From the NCBI GenBank assembly GCA_017484065.1, contig JAFUTX010000031.1, positions 34,581-98,580 of the forward strand: DNA of 64,000 bases, in the 5' to 3' direction. The notes under the pieces were generated by a model. That model ran no database searches. It was not told the origin of the DNA and saw nothing but the letters and a program-made list of their open reading frames with translations. Shown one piece after another: positions 41,015 through 52,000 of the stretch; the stretch's first letter is position 1; each line of letters opens with the position of its first letter. This DNA comes from Bacilli bacterium (GTDB taxonomy: Bacteria; Bacillota_I; Bacilli_A; RF39; UBA660). The position numbers and the translations under genes were made by a program.

Positions 41015-42079
41015 TTAATGTGCTATATATAAATCATAGTATTCATCATAGGTTAATCCTGATTCTGTTACTTTAGTAGCAAACTCAACTCCTAGATATC
41101 TTAAATGCCAAGATTCTTCTATATAACCAGTTATTGGAGTGCTACCTTTTGGATATCTTAGAATAAAACCAAACTTATAACAGTTTTTCTTTATCCAATC
41201 ATAATCACTGTCACTTAGTCTAGTACCGCTAACATTAGGATCTCTAACATCTACTGCATAACCAGTTTGATGTTCACTAAATCCAGGGCGAGCAGAGTAG
41301 GTATCAGCATTAACAACTCCATCCTTATTAACATAATTAGTATATAAAGTATTTTGAAATGAATAACTACGATAAGCAGTTGTAGCAAGTAAACTAAATC
41401 CTCCTTCACTTTTAGCAGCAGCAACCAATTCTTCGAATGCATCAGCAGCAACTTTAATCATTTTTGCACCCATAGTAGTGCTTTTAATATCTACTATATT
41501 ATCTGGTACATAATCTTTTGGTAAATAATTATATTTATTGAGAAGGATATCTATATCACTTGGATTTTCTATTTCTTTAGTATGAGTATATTGTTCATAG
41601 TCTAAATTCAAATTTACTCTAGTAACAGCATCTTGATAATCTATATTATTTTTATTTTTGTATTCAACATATCTGCTATAATTTTCTAGTTCAAAGTTTC
41701 TTAAATCAATGTAATTTTCTAATTCCATCTTTTCATTATCAATGATGTATTCAATTTTAGTACTATCATATTTTTTCAATATTTTATTAATGATTTCTGT
41801 ACTATAACCTTTATCTAGTAATGAATTAACATATTCTTCAAAGTTATCTATATTAGTGTATTCGATTTCTTTATAAACATTTTTGTATTTAGAATTGTAA
41901 TTATCGCTTTCTTTTAAACGCTCAACTGTTTTATCATTATTAGGATTATTACCTTTGCTATCATTTTTTAATAAAAATTTTATTAAAAACAGAATAATTA
42001 TTACTACTATAATAATGTTAATAATAAATAAAATTAATTTCTTTACTTTTAATTTTTTCTTTTTCCTTCTTGGATTCAT
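41015..42079 (-). CDS. M15B (VanY-type) D-alanyl-D-alanine carboxypeptidase, membrane anchored
   Basis: SARPGFSEHQTGYAVDV zinc-ligand motif; N-terminal TM. Confidence 0.8.
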   Translation of the reverse strand: MNPRRKKKKLKVKKLILFIINIIIVVIIILFLIKFLLKNDSKGNNPNNDKTVERLKESDNYNSKYKNVYKEIEYTNIDNFEEYVNSLLDKGYSTEIINKILKKYDSTKIEYIIDNEKMELENYIDLRNFELENYSRYVEYKNKNNIDYQDAVTRVNLNLDYEQYTHTKEIENPSDIDILLNKYNYLPKDYVPDNIVDIKSTTMGAKMIKVAADAFEELVAAAKSEGGFSLLATTAYRSYSFQNTLYTNYVNKDGVVNADTYSARPGFSEHQTGYAVDVRDPNVSGTRLSDSDYDWIKKNCYKFGFILRYPKGSTPITGYIEESWHLRYLGVEFATKVTESGLTYDEYYDLYIAH

Positions 42080-42138
42080 ATAATATCACCTAGTATGATT
42101 ATATCATTAAATAAAAAAATTAGTTACATAATTTATAA

Positions 42139-42738
42139 CTAATTTTTAAAGTTATTTTCATACCAAGATTTAGAATGTGTTTTTACATATTCTTTAGCAT
42201 CATCAGCTTCATTTTTTAAATAATCATACGCATTATCTTTAGCATTACCTATTTTTTCATATCTTTCATCACCAATTAGATTTTTGAACTTATTACCTGC
42301 ATCAGTTTTATATTGATTTAATTTATTGCTTACATTTTCTTTATAATCAGGATCAAATTCTTTAATAGAATCATCTAATTCTTTAACATCTTCTAATAAT
42401 TCTTTTTTAGCTTCTTCACTTAAATCATCATAAGTAATACCATTTATTTGTTTACCATAATAGATAAAATCAATAGTATTTGTAAAATAATCAGCAACAT
42501 CATCTTTAAGTTCTGCTATTGCATCATTTTCTATGTCTTGTTCTATTTGTTCTTTTTGCATAACTAAATCCAATTCAGTAGTAACTTCACTAGTAGGTTC
42601 AATTGTACTTTGTTCTATTACTGGTTCTGGTTTTATTATTTCAGGATTATTATTCTTGTTACTACATGCAGTAGTAGATATTAAAATACTATATATTAAT
42701 AAGCTTTTCTTTAAATATAATAATTCCTTTTTTTTCAT
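42139..42738 (-). CDS. acidic lipoprotein, hypothetical
   Basis: lipobox TTAC-S; start placed at MKKKELL (GAAGGGG RBS) rather than the longer track start. Confidence 0.5.
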   Translation of the reverse strand: MKKKELLYLKKSLLIYSILISTTACSNKNNNPEIIKPEPVIEQSTIEPTSEVTTELDLVMQKEQIEQDIENDAIAELKDDVADYFTNTIDFIYYGKQINGITYDDLSEEAKKELLEDVKELDDSIKEFDPDYKENVSNKLNQYKTDAGNKFKNLIGDERYEKIGNAKDNAYDYLKNEADDAKEYVKTHSKSWYENNFKN

Positions 42739-42830
42739 ATAATTCATCCCCTTCAAATGCGTATTATAACATATTTCTTAGTATTTTACAAATTGACTAA
42801 ATTATAGTATATTATTTCTGGTGATAACTT

Positions 42831-43079
42831 ATGAATTTAGAAGATAGTATAAAGAATATAATTAATAATAATAAGCTAGTGAAAATAAATGATAATATTT
42901 ATTTATCAAAATATCAAATAGAGATATTGGATAAGTATCAAATAAATTATAATGTTAGTAGTGTAAGTGAAATATTATTTGAAATAGATGAAGTATTAGA
43001 ATGTATTGATGCTCCTGATTTAGAAGAAGTAGCTAATAGCTTACAAGAATTTGAATATTATAATAATACAAACAAATAA
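42831..43079 (+). CDS. hypothetical small protein
   Basis: 82-aa ORF. Confidence 0.35.
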   Translation: MNLEDSIKNIINNNKLVKINDNIYLSKYQIEILDKYQINYNVSSVSEILFEIDEVLECIDAPDLEEVANSLQEFEYYNNTNK

Positions 43080-43081
43080 AA

Positions 43082-43108
43082 AAAGCCTTTAATAAGGCTT
43101 TTGAATTC
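43082..43108. terminator. bidirectional terminator hairpin
   Basis: AAAAGCCTT-taat-AAGGCTTTT between convergent genes. Confidence 0.55.
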
Positions 43109-43112
43109 AATT

Positions 43113-43189
43113 TGGTGGAGAATAAGGGATTCGAACCCTTGACCCCCACGGTGCAAGCGTGGTGCTCTAGCCAGCTGAGCTAATTCCCC
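43113..43189 (-). tRNA. tRNA-Ala (anticodon TGC)
   Basis: cloverleaf with GGGGAAT acceptor, TTCGAAT T-loop, CCA end; anticodon loop cTTGCAc. Confidence 0.85.
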
Positions 43190-43328
43190 AAGAACAAAAA
43201 TATATTATCATACTTTTTTTTACTTGACAAGTATTTTTTTGACTTTTGTCTAATTTTTATGATTATGAATAGATAAATATAATCTATTCTATTTAAATAT
43301 AAGCATATCTTATAGTAAGGTGGTAATT

Positions 43329-43583
43329 ATGAAAACAATTAAATTAAGTGAATATCAAACTTATATGGGTATACTTATTGATATTAGAAATCCTTTAACG
43401 TATAAAGAAAAGCATATTGATGGAAGTACTAATATTCCTTATGATAAATTATTATTGCATTATAAAGAGTATTTAGATAAGAATAAATCTTATTATATTA
43501 TGTGTTCTAGTGGAATAAAAAGCAAAAAAGCTGTTAGAATCTTAGAATATTACGGATATGATGTTACCCAAGTTGAAACTTAG
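43329..43583 (+). CDS. rhodanese-like single-domain sulfurtransferase
   Basis: active-site Cys loop IMCSSGIKS. Confidence 0.7.
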   Translation: MKTIKLSEYQTYMGILIDIRNPLTYKEKHIDGSTNIPYDKLLLHYKEYLDKNKSYYIMCSSGIKSKKAVRILEYYGYDVTQVET

Positions 43584-43618
43584 TAACATTTTTTCTTATT
43601 TCATGTTATAATAATATC

Positions 43619-44203
43619 GTGATTATTATGGAAAATATATTTGATTGGTTTAATAGTTTTATTGATAGTTTAGTAAATAATTTAAGTATTACTAGTGCTT
43701 TAATATGTTGTTTTTTAATAACAATAGAATCGATAGTACCAGTGCTTCCTTTATTTGCTTTTATTACAGTTAACTTTTTAGTATTTGGTAAAATAATTGG
43801 ATTTATTATTTCTTATATTTTTACAGTAATAGGATGTAGTATATCTTTCTTTTTATTTCGTAAATTAAAAAATGGCTATTTTAAAAAGAAAAGTAAAGAA
43901 GCTGGTAAAATTATCAAAACTCTTAATAAAATAAAATTAACTCATTTAGCAGTAGTACTAGCAGTACCATTTACACCAGCTTTTGCTGTTAATATAGCAG
44001 CAGCTTTAAGTAAAATGCCTTATAAAAAATATTTAACAGCATTACTTATTGGAAAAATATTTTTAGTTTATTTCTGGGGCTTTGTGGGTACTAGCTTACT
44101 TGATAGTATAAAAAATCCAATTGAATTAGCTAAAATAGGGGTTATGATGTTAATAGCTTATTTAATAAGTGTAGTAGTTAATAAAAAATATAAGTTAGAT
44201 TAG
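43619..44203 (+). CDS. TVP38/TMEM64 (DedA-related) family membrane protein
   Basis: DedA-like TM pattern. Confidence 0.65.
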   Translation: MIIMENIFDWFNSFIDSLVNNLSITSALICCFLITIESIVPVLPLFAFITVNFLVFGKIIGFIISYIFTVIGCSISFFLFRKLKNGYFKKKSKEAGKIIKTLNKIKLTHLAVVLAVPFTPAFAVNIAAALSKMPYKKYLTALLIGKIFLVYFWGFVGTSLLDSIKNPIELAKIGVMMLIAYLISVVVNKKYKLD

Positions 44204-44211
44204 GTGGTATT

Positions 44212-45309
44212 ATGTTATACATAGTCATTAGTTTATTAGTTATAATAATTATCCTTTTAATAATACTTTTATTAAGAAAAAATGGTAGTATAGAGCTTAC
44301 TGATCGAATGGGTAGATTAGAGACCAATATGATTAAAGAAATAGCTGATTTTAAATTAAATTTTACTAGTGATTTACGAAAAGATTTTGACAATATGAAT
44401 GATAGAGTAGATGCTAGACTTAAATTAATGGATGCTCGAGTTAGTGAAAGATTAGACCAAAATTATGAAAAAACTAATAGAACTTTTAATAGTGTTTTAG
44501 AACGTTTATCTAAAATAGATGAAGCTCAAAAAAAGATAGATGGTTTATCTACTGATATTGTTTCTTTACAAAGTGTATTAACCGATAAAAAGACCAGGGG
44601 AATATTTGGTGAAGTTAATCTTAATTATATATTAAATAATGTATTTGGTGATAAATCTAATGGTATATATGATTTACAACATAAATTAAGTAATGGCTAC
44701 ATAGCTGATGCTATTCTTTATGCTCCGGATCCTTTAGGGACTATTGTCATAGATAGTAAATTTCCTTTAGAAAACTATCAAAGGATGATTGATAGAACTT
44801 TATCTAAAGAAGCCAGAGAACTAGCTGAAAAAAATTTTAAATTAGATGTTAAAAAACACATTGATGCTATTAGTAATAAATATATAGTACCTGGGGAAAC
44901 TGCTAATGAAGCTATTATGTTTTTACCAGCTGAAGCTATATTTGCGGAAATAAATGCTTATCATAGTGATATTTTAGCATATGCTTATAATAAAAAGGTA
45001 TGGATTACTGGACCAACTACCTTAATGAGTACACTATCAATTATTAGTATGATTCTTAAAAATATGGAAAGAGATAAATATGCCCAAGTAATTCATGATG
45101 AATTAAATAAGCTATCACAAGAATTTGCAAGATATAAAGAACGTTGGGATAGGTTATCAAGAAATATTGACACTGTAAATAAAAGTGTTAAAGAATTACA
45201 CACTACTAGTGAAAAGATTACAAAAAGGTTTGATAGTATAAATAAAGTGGATATGAATAATCTGATTGAATATAATGATGAATTATTATTAAATGATGAA
45301 ATAGAGTAG
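44212..45309 (+). CDS. rmuC: DNA recombination protein RmuC
   Basis: N-terminal TM, coiled coil, RmuC C-terminal domain. Confidence 0.8.
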   Translation: MLYIVISLLVIIIILLIILLLRKNGSIELTDRMGRLETNMIKEIADFKLNFTSDLRKDFDNMNDRVDARLKLMDARVSERLDQNYEKTNRTFNSVLERLSKIDEAQKKIDGLSTDIVSLQSVLTDKKTRGIFGEVNLNYILNNVFGDKSNGIYDLQHKLSNGYIADAILYAPDPLGTIVIDSKFPLENYQRMIDRTLSKEARELAEKNFKLDVKKHIDAISNKYIVPGETANEAIMFLPAEAIFAEINAYHSDILAYAYNKKVWITGPTTLMSTLSIISMILKNMERDKYAQVIHDELNKLSQEFARYKERWDRLSRNIDTVNKSVKELHTTSEKITKRFDSINKVDMNNLIEYNDELLLNDEIE

Positions 45310-45352
45310 TGAAAACTACTTTTTTCTATGAAAAAAGTACCTTACGGTACTT
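45305..45352. terminator. two adjacent hairpins between convergent rmuC and the glucosaminidase gene
   Basis: AGTAGT-gaaa-ACTACT plus T6, and AAGTACC-ttac-GGTACTT. Confidence 0.55.
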
Positions 45353-45977
45353 AAGCATTTTTAATTCTTTCGATATAATTATTAACTTTTCTAGCCCATT
45401 CAGTGCTTTCAGCATATTTATGATTCATTTTTTCTGGAGTGTCTAAACCATAAGCATAGTAATTTCTAGCTAAGTTAGATATAAATCTATCTATACCTTC
45501 TTCCATAGTAGAAAAACTTGCAAATGATCCACCATTACATCCAGGAGCACCTTTCATACCACCAACATTGTGGCAGTACTTAGTTAAGGAGCTACATGAA
45601 CCATTACCACAACCACTTTCAAGTAAAGTAATAGATACTGCTACATATGGATCAACTCCATATTCTAATGATTTACTTGCATATGTATAACCATAGTTAG
45701 TTAAATCACTTTTTAAAACTCTATTTAATTTATTGGTTAATTCTACTATAGTCATTCCATCATAAACTATCTTATTAGCTTCTAAATCTTCAATTATATT
45801 AGCATCATTCATTTTATAGGAAAATGATGTGTTACTTAATTTAGTATTATTTACAATTTTTTGATTTATTAATAAGCTCGAACTAGAATCAACTGTTAAA
45901 AATACTGTTAAAAGAATTAAAATCATTCCAAGATGTATAAAGTATTTAGGAATACTAATTATCTTCTTGTTTTTCAT
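45351..45977 (-). CDS. membrane-anchored glucosaminidase-domain (endo-beta-N-acetylglucosaminidase) peptidoglycan hydrolase
   Basis: YVAVSITLLESGCG glucosaminidase motif. Confidence 0.7.
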   Translation of the reverse strand: MKNKKIISIPKYFIHLGMILILLTVFLTVDSSSSLLINQKIVNNTKLSNTSFSYKMNDANIIEDLEANKIVYDGMTIVELTNKLNRVLKSDLTNYGYTYASKSLEYGVDPYVAVSITLLESGCGNGSCSSLTKYCHNVGGMKGAPGCNGGSFASFSTMEEGIDRFISNLARNYYAYGLDTPEKMNHKYAESTEWARKVNNYIERIKNA

Positions 45978-47214
45978 CTTCTATCACCTTATTAAACTCT
46001 TTTGCTAATGTTCCATTTTTATATAAAGACATATAAGCTTTATGATTAATAATTAAATCATATTCACCTATGAATTCATATAATTTAGGATTAAATCCAA
46101 TTTTAAATTGGTTTAAACCATGATATGGACTTTCTTTACTGAAATCCCCTGTAATTCCATTTAAATCAGCAAAAGCAAATTTATCTTTATAATATTCTAA
46201 TATTTTATAATATAAGAAATGATTTGGATTAAATGAACCATAGTTTTTATCAAAACCACTAATTACTATATTAATGCGATTATGATGTTTCATAACTAAT
46301 GCTCCAGCTATATAGGTTTTAGCAAATTGGTTCATTCCTTTAGTAGCTAATGTTATATCATTTTTGTATGCTGCTAAAGCTTTATCTGAATTCATTTTCT
46401 TATTTACTAAATGAGGATTGTTACTACGAGATAACATAATGTTTAGATTATTATTTTTTTCTTCTTCAATAGAGTACGCTTCTCTTGAATTTAACATAAA
46501 ATCATTATAGTCTAAATTAACTAAGAATAAATCTATATTATCAAATTTATTAAATATATTATAATAATCTTTATAGTATATTACATCTTTATTCTTTTTA
46601 TCCTTAATAAACTCATATAGGATATCGATACCACGACGATCACTTATTTCAAAGTGTAATCCTTTTCTAGTAGCTTTTTTTACTTTATTTCTTGTATTTT
46701 TACTAATACTATTAATATTAAATTCTTTTAATGGAATAATAGCATTAAATCTAGGAAATAAAGATTCAAAATATAAGTTATCTTTTAATTTTAAGTAATC
46801 CATTTGTAATAAATAATCTTTAATTCTAATGTTAGAATTATAAGATATTTCATGAGTTTTAGGATTTATTTCTCCAATTGCTATTTCTGGATTTATTTTA
46901 ATAAAAGCAAAATTTTTATGCTTGTAGTATTCTTTTAAATCATTGGTGAAGTTTCTTAATAAATTTAAGTCATAGTAATCTATTAAAAAACCTTTAGGAG
47001 CATAACCATATTTTGAAAACATGGATATTTTTTTATAAAGAATAAGAGTAGCTGCTTTAATATTATTGTTATCATCTAGATAACCAATTAAGTCATATTC
47101 AAACCCGTTTTCAGCCATTAATAGGGCATAGTTTGAACTTTGATAATAATTCCCTAGTGGATGATTAATAGCATAGTTATCAAATTGGGGAATTGTTAAT
47201 TCTACTATTCTCAA
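45955..47214 (-). CDS. FemAB-family peptidoglycan cross-bridge aminoacyl/peptidyl transferase
   Basis: 419-aa FemABX-like N-terminus MRIVELTIPQFDNYAINHPLGNYYQSSNYALL; overlaps the downstream glucosaminidase gene by 23 nt. Confidence 0.8.
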   Translation of the reverse strand: MRIVELTIPQFDNYAINHPLGNYYQSSNYALLMAENGFEYDLIGYLDDNNNIKAATLILYKKISMFSKYGYAPKGFLIDYYDLNLLRNFTNDLKEYYKHKNFAFIKINPEIAIGEINPKTHEISYNSNIRIKDYLLQMDYLKLKDNLYFESLFPRFNAIIPLKEFNINSISKNTRNKVKKATRKGLHFEISDRRGIDILYEFIKDKKNKDVIYYKDYYNIFNKFDNIDLFLVNLDYNDFMLNSREAYSIEEEKNNNLNIMLSRSNNPHLVNKKMNSDKALAAYKNDITLATKGMNQFAKTYIAGALVMKHHNRINIVISGFDKNYGSFNPNHFLYYKILEYYKDKFAFADLNGITGDFSKESPYHGLNQFKIGFNPKLYEFIGEYDLIINHKAYMSLYKNGTLAKEFNKVIEDEKQEDN

Positions 47215-47293
47215 AACATTTTCCTCCTCATTAGTACATAATTATACCATAAAATAGGATAAATTTCAAATCGAGGGCACTTGTATACGTATT

Positions 47294-48856
47294 TTAACTA
47301 TTTTTTAATACCGCATGAACTACTAATCTAGTGTTATTATAACTACATGTCGATAGGGTAAGTATCTTATCATCATTACCAACTTGGGCATCAAATTTAG
47401 CTATACTTCTATCTCTAAGCATTTTAATAAAACTTTGCCATTCTGTATTATTATCAAATTTTATTTGTAAATAATCACTAGTTTTAGGAATCTTATATGT
47501 ACTAAATATTTCAAATTCATAAGTATCATATAAAGTACTTAATGTAATAATCAAATTATCTTTATTAGTATACCATTTCTTTTCTTGCATTTTATATAAA
47601 GTACCAAACATAATACCACTATAATATCTATTATGACCATAAAGAATAGTGTTTTTATCTAAATCAATAGTATTATTACGGTAATCCATGAATATCCAAC
47701 CATTTTGATCTTCTTCATCATTAAAATTATGTTTAAGATAGTAATCATTATCTACTGTTTGTAGTACTGAATAGTCAATGTTAGTATTTTTTACATTCAC
47801 CCATGCTACAGTATTAGGATTAATACTTAATAATGATGCTATATATGGATTAGTAATTACTTTATCATTATTATTACTTGGTTCAGTAGGAATTACATTA
47901 TTCTTTTCATCTTCTTTTATTTTTTTGCTAATATTCTCTTGTATTTTAGTTACTTCCTTCATAGAAGTATAATTAGTAATAAGTATATAACCAGATACAA
48001 AGACAATTAAAGAGAATATAATAAAACCACATATTTTTAAAATATTTACAAGCAATTGATTAAATACATTATTTTTTAAATATTCATTAGAGTATTTTAA
48101 ACCAAAAGATATTCTATATCTTCTTTTATATTTACGGTTTATTTTCTTTAAATATTCGACAGTTTTTTCGTTAGTAATATTACTATGTATTACTATTTTT
48201 ATGTTACTAACTTTATTACTTTTTAATATATTTACTATATAATCAATATCATCTTTATCAGCTTTGTTTATGTGAATAGTTTGTAAATATCTATTAATTT
48301 TAAAGAATGTATTAATATCTTCTTTTTCATCTTTATTAAGAGGAAATCTTATTCTTATAGATAATTTATAATAGATTGTACTAAATTCATTTAAGTTATT
48401 TCCTTGCATGAAATCACTAGTAAAGAATAGTTCTATTCTTGATTTAACAATAATTCCATTTTTATCTAATAAATCAATCATAAAAGTAGGTACGTTATAA
48501 CAATTTAAATATTTTATAAATTTGTTTTTAACAATTTTTTCACATATTTCATATGGTAATGATACATCTTCAAGTAAACATAAATGTTCAATCAATGGGT
48601 TATTTTTTATAACACTTAAAACAAGTAAAGCTAAGTCATTAACTTCAACATTTACTTTAGTTATATTTTTTTCTTTACATAACTCTTTTATGAATAAACT
48701 AACTATTTTAGTATTATTAACTATATATTCATCTGTAAATAACAATTTGTTATTATTTATTACATTAGTATTGAGCATTTTAGTTTCATCGGTCTTAACA
48801 TTATTATAAGAAAATATAAGAGTATTATTGTTAATAGTAATTAAAACTTTTTTCAT
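47294..48856 (-). CDS. class B sortase catalytic domain fused to a novel ~265-aa N-terminal cytoplasmic domain, single TM between them
   Basis: C-terminal half resembles the SrtB catalytic domain (NPY..SLL...NIDY..L...YYL..NF, NTILYGHN, TLSTC, R in TRLVVHA); the N-terminal 265 aa matches no family I recognise. Confidence 0.8.
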   Translation of the reverse strand: MKKVLITINNNTLIFSYNNVKTDETKMLNTNVINNNKLLFTDEYIVNNTKIVSLFIKELCKEKNITKVNVEVNDLALLVLSVIKNNPLIEHLCLLEDVSLPYEICEKIVKNKFIKYLNCYNVPTFMIDLLDKNGIIVKSRIELFFTSDFMQGNNLNEFSTIYYKLSIRIRFPLNKDEKEDINTFFKINRYLQTIHINKADKDDIDYIVNILKSNKVSNIKIVIHSNITNEKTVEYLKKINRKYKRRYRISFGLKYSNEYLKNNVFNQLLVNILKICGFIIFSLIVFVSGYILITNYTSMKEVTKIQENISKKIKEDEKNNVIPTEPSNNNDKVITNPYIASLLSINPNTVAWVNVKNTNIDYSVLQTVDNDYYLKHNFNDEEDQNGWIFMDYRNNTIDLDKNTILYGHNRYYSGIMFGTLYKMQEKKWYTNKDNLIITLSTLYDTYEFEIFSTYKIPKTSDYLQIKFDNNTEWQSFIKMLRDRSIAKFDAQVGNDDKILTLSTCSYNNTRLVVHAVLKNS

Positions 48857-48954
48857 ATAATCTCGACCTCACTATTTATTCTATATAGATTTTAACATAT
48901 TTTACATAGTTTTGGGAAAAAAATATATAAAAATACAAATCTTTTTATCTAATC

Positions 48955-48983
48955 TTGAAATTAATACAACCCTTTGTTATAAT
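48955..48983 (+). promoter_or_regulatory. sigma-A promoter TTGAAA-17-TATAAT for essC-esaB
   Basis: in the divergent intergenic region. Confidence 0.5.
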
Positions 48984-49013
48984 TATAGATAGTAGAATAT
49001 TGGGGTGAATCAT

Positions 49014-52000
49014 ATGAAGGTATTAATTATTAAAAATAATCAAATCATTAATTATGATTTGCCTTCTAAAATCTTTGGTAATTATTGGATTAAAGATACT
49101 GATTTAAATGGTAATGAAAGAAATCTAATAAATGTTGAAGAATATAATGGAAAATGGAAGATAAAAAGCAATAATGATTGTAAAATTATTTATAATAATA
49201 CTTATCAAGAAGCGGTTTATTTAGCTGAATATAGTTATTGTGAATTAGAAGTAAAAGGGGAAGTAGAACACTTTATACTTTATTGTTGTCCAGTTTATGA
49301 AAAATCTTATAATATTTATGCTATTAAAGGAACTAGAGTACTACTAGTAGGTAATGATTCATCTAACCATATTATTTATAAAAGTAATGATATAGCACGC
49401 CAACAAATAAAGTTAACAAGCAATAATGTTTTTTGGAACTTGCAAAATATTCAAGAGAATAGGAAAGTGTATGTTAATAACTTAGCAGTTACTAACAAAA
49501 ATCTAGTATATGGCGATATTATATTCTTAATGGGATTAAAAATAATTGTTTTAAACAATTATATATTAATAAATAATCCTAATAATTTAGTAGAGGTTAA
49601 TACTCAGAATCTTGAATTAATTAATTTAACAGAAGTTGAAGATAATCCTGAAGAAGATGATGATACATTAGAAGTTTATTCTAAAAATGATTATTATTAT
49701 CGTTCTCCTAGATTTAAAAGTAATATAGCTAAAGAAGATTTAACAATTGATCCTCCTCCTGGAGCTCAAAATAACAATCAACTACCTTTTTGGCTAGCTA
49801 TGGGTTCAATGATGGTTATGGGCATGCGTTCTGTATTTGGTTTGATGGATGTTATTAATAGTGTTAGTACTGGAAAAACTACTTGGGGCGACGCAATGCC
49901 TAGCTTACTTACTAATGGTTCAATGATTTTTGGGTCATTAATGATTCCAGTAATGACAAGAATGTATCAAAAAAAAGCAGCTAAAAAATACGAAAGAAAA
50001 AGACAAAAAAAATATAGTGATTATTTGGCAATGCAACGTAATGTTATTAGTAATATTATGAAAAAGCAAAAAGATATTTTACTTAATAATTATCCGTCAG
50101 TAGAAGAGTGCTATAACATAATAGTTAATCGTAAAAGAAATCTTTGGGAAAGAAAAATTGATAATGAAGACTTCTTAACATTGCGGGTAGGTTTAGGCAA
50201 TACTAAAGTAGAATTAGATTTAAAGTATCAAGAAAAGCATTTTTCGATGGATGAAGATAATTTACTTAATGATATGTATCGAATGACTGATGAATTACAA
50301 GAATTAAAAGATGTGCCAGTTACTATTTCTTTAACTGAAAAATTTGTATCAGCTATTCTTGGTAATAGCAACGTTATATCAAATTATTTAGAAACATTAA
50401 TTATTCAAATGATTACATATCATAGCTATGAAGATTTAAAAATAGTAGTTCTTACTGATGAAAAGAATGCTTATAAATATGAATACTTAAAAGTATTACC
50501 TCATTGTTGGAGTAATGATAAAAGCATTAGATTCTTTGGTACTAATAATGATGATATAAATAAAATATCAATGTATTTAATGAATGAATTTAAAGAACGT
50601 AAGTATCAAGATGAAGAAGAACAAAACTCTTCTAAAGAAGATGATTATAAGAGTTATTCACCGTACTACATGATTATTACAGATAATTTTGCTAATGCCA
50701 GAAAAGTAGAGATAATTAGAAATACTTTAGAACAAACAATTAATTATGGGTTTAGTTTGCTTATACTTGCTAATAGATTAAATGAGTTACCTAATGAATG
50801 TACGTCTTTCTTAAATATCGATACTAACATATCAGGTATGATTGAAAATGATTTATCATTAGAAAGTCAAAAGCCGTTTAAAGCTGATTTTAATAGTAAG
50901 GTAAATATTTATGAATGTGCTACTAGACTTGCTAATATACCAATAGAATTATCTAATGGTAGCTATGATTTACCTAATATGATTAGTTTTTTAGAAATGT
51001 ATAATGTTGGTAATGTTGATCAATTAAACTCTATGGAACGTTGGAAAAACAATAATCCTGTTGCATCTCTTCAAGTTCCAGTTGGAGTTAACGAAAGTGG
51101 CGATTTATTCAAACTAGATTTACATGAAAAAGCTCATGGCCCTCATGGTTTAATTGCAGGTACTACAGGTAGTGGTAAATCAGAATTTATTATTACTTAT
51201 ATTTTAAGCCTTGCTGTTAATTATCATCCTTATGAAGTTAGTTTTGTTTTAATTGACTACAAAGGTGGAGGATTAGCTGGGGCTTTTGAAAATAAAGATA
51301 CTGGTGTAAAATTACCACACTTAGCAGGTACAATTACTAACTTGGATATCACTGAGATTAATCGTTCGCTAGCTAGTATAGAAAGTGAACTTAAAAGACG
51401 TCAAAGAATATTTAATGAAGCTCGTGATAAACTAGAAGAAAGTACAATAGATATTTATAAATATCAAAGATATTATCGTGAAGGTTTAGTTACAGAACCA
51501 GTAAGTCATTTGTTTATTATAAGTGATGAGTTTGCTGAATTAAAAGCACAACAACCTGAGTTTATGGCACAACTTATACAAACAGCTCGTATTGGTCGTA
51601 GTTTAGGAGTACACTTAATTTTAGCAACACAAAAACCAAGTGGGGTTGTAGATGATCAAATATGGTCTAACTCTAAATTTAGAGTATGTTTAAAAGTTCA
51701 AGATAAATCAGATAGTAATGACATGATTAAATGCCCAGACGCAGCAAAACTATCAAATCCTGGTAGATTCTATTTACAAGTAGGATATAATGAGTTGTTT
51801 GCTTTAGGACAATCAGCATGGTGTGGAGCACCTTATTATGCAACTGATATGCGTAAAAAGACTATTGATGCTAATCTTAATTTCTTAGATACAGTTGGAG
51901 AAGTAGTAAAAAGTGTTGATCGTCAAAAAGGTGTAAACGCTGTAAAAGCAGATGGAGAAGAATTACCTCATATTGTCAAATATTTGACAAAGATAGCTAA

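Noticed and set aside
47294-48100. N-terminal cytoplasmic domain of the sortase fusion as an EssB/YukC pseudokinase domain
   Set aside because: No discernible similarity to EssB N-terminal sequences; left as unknown.
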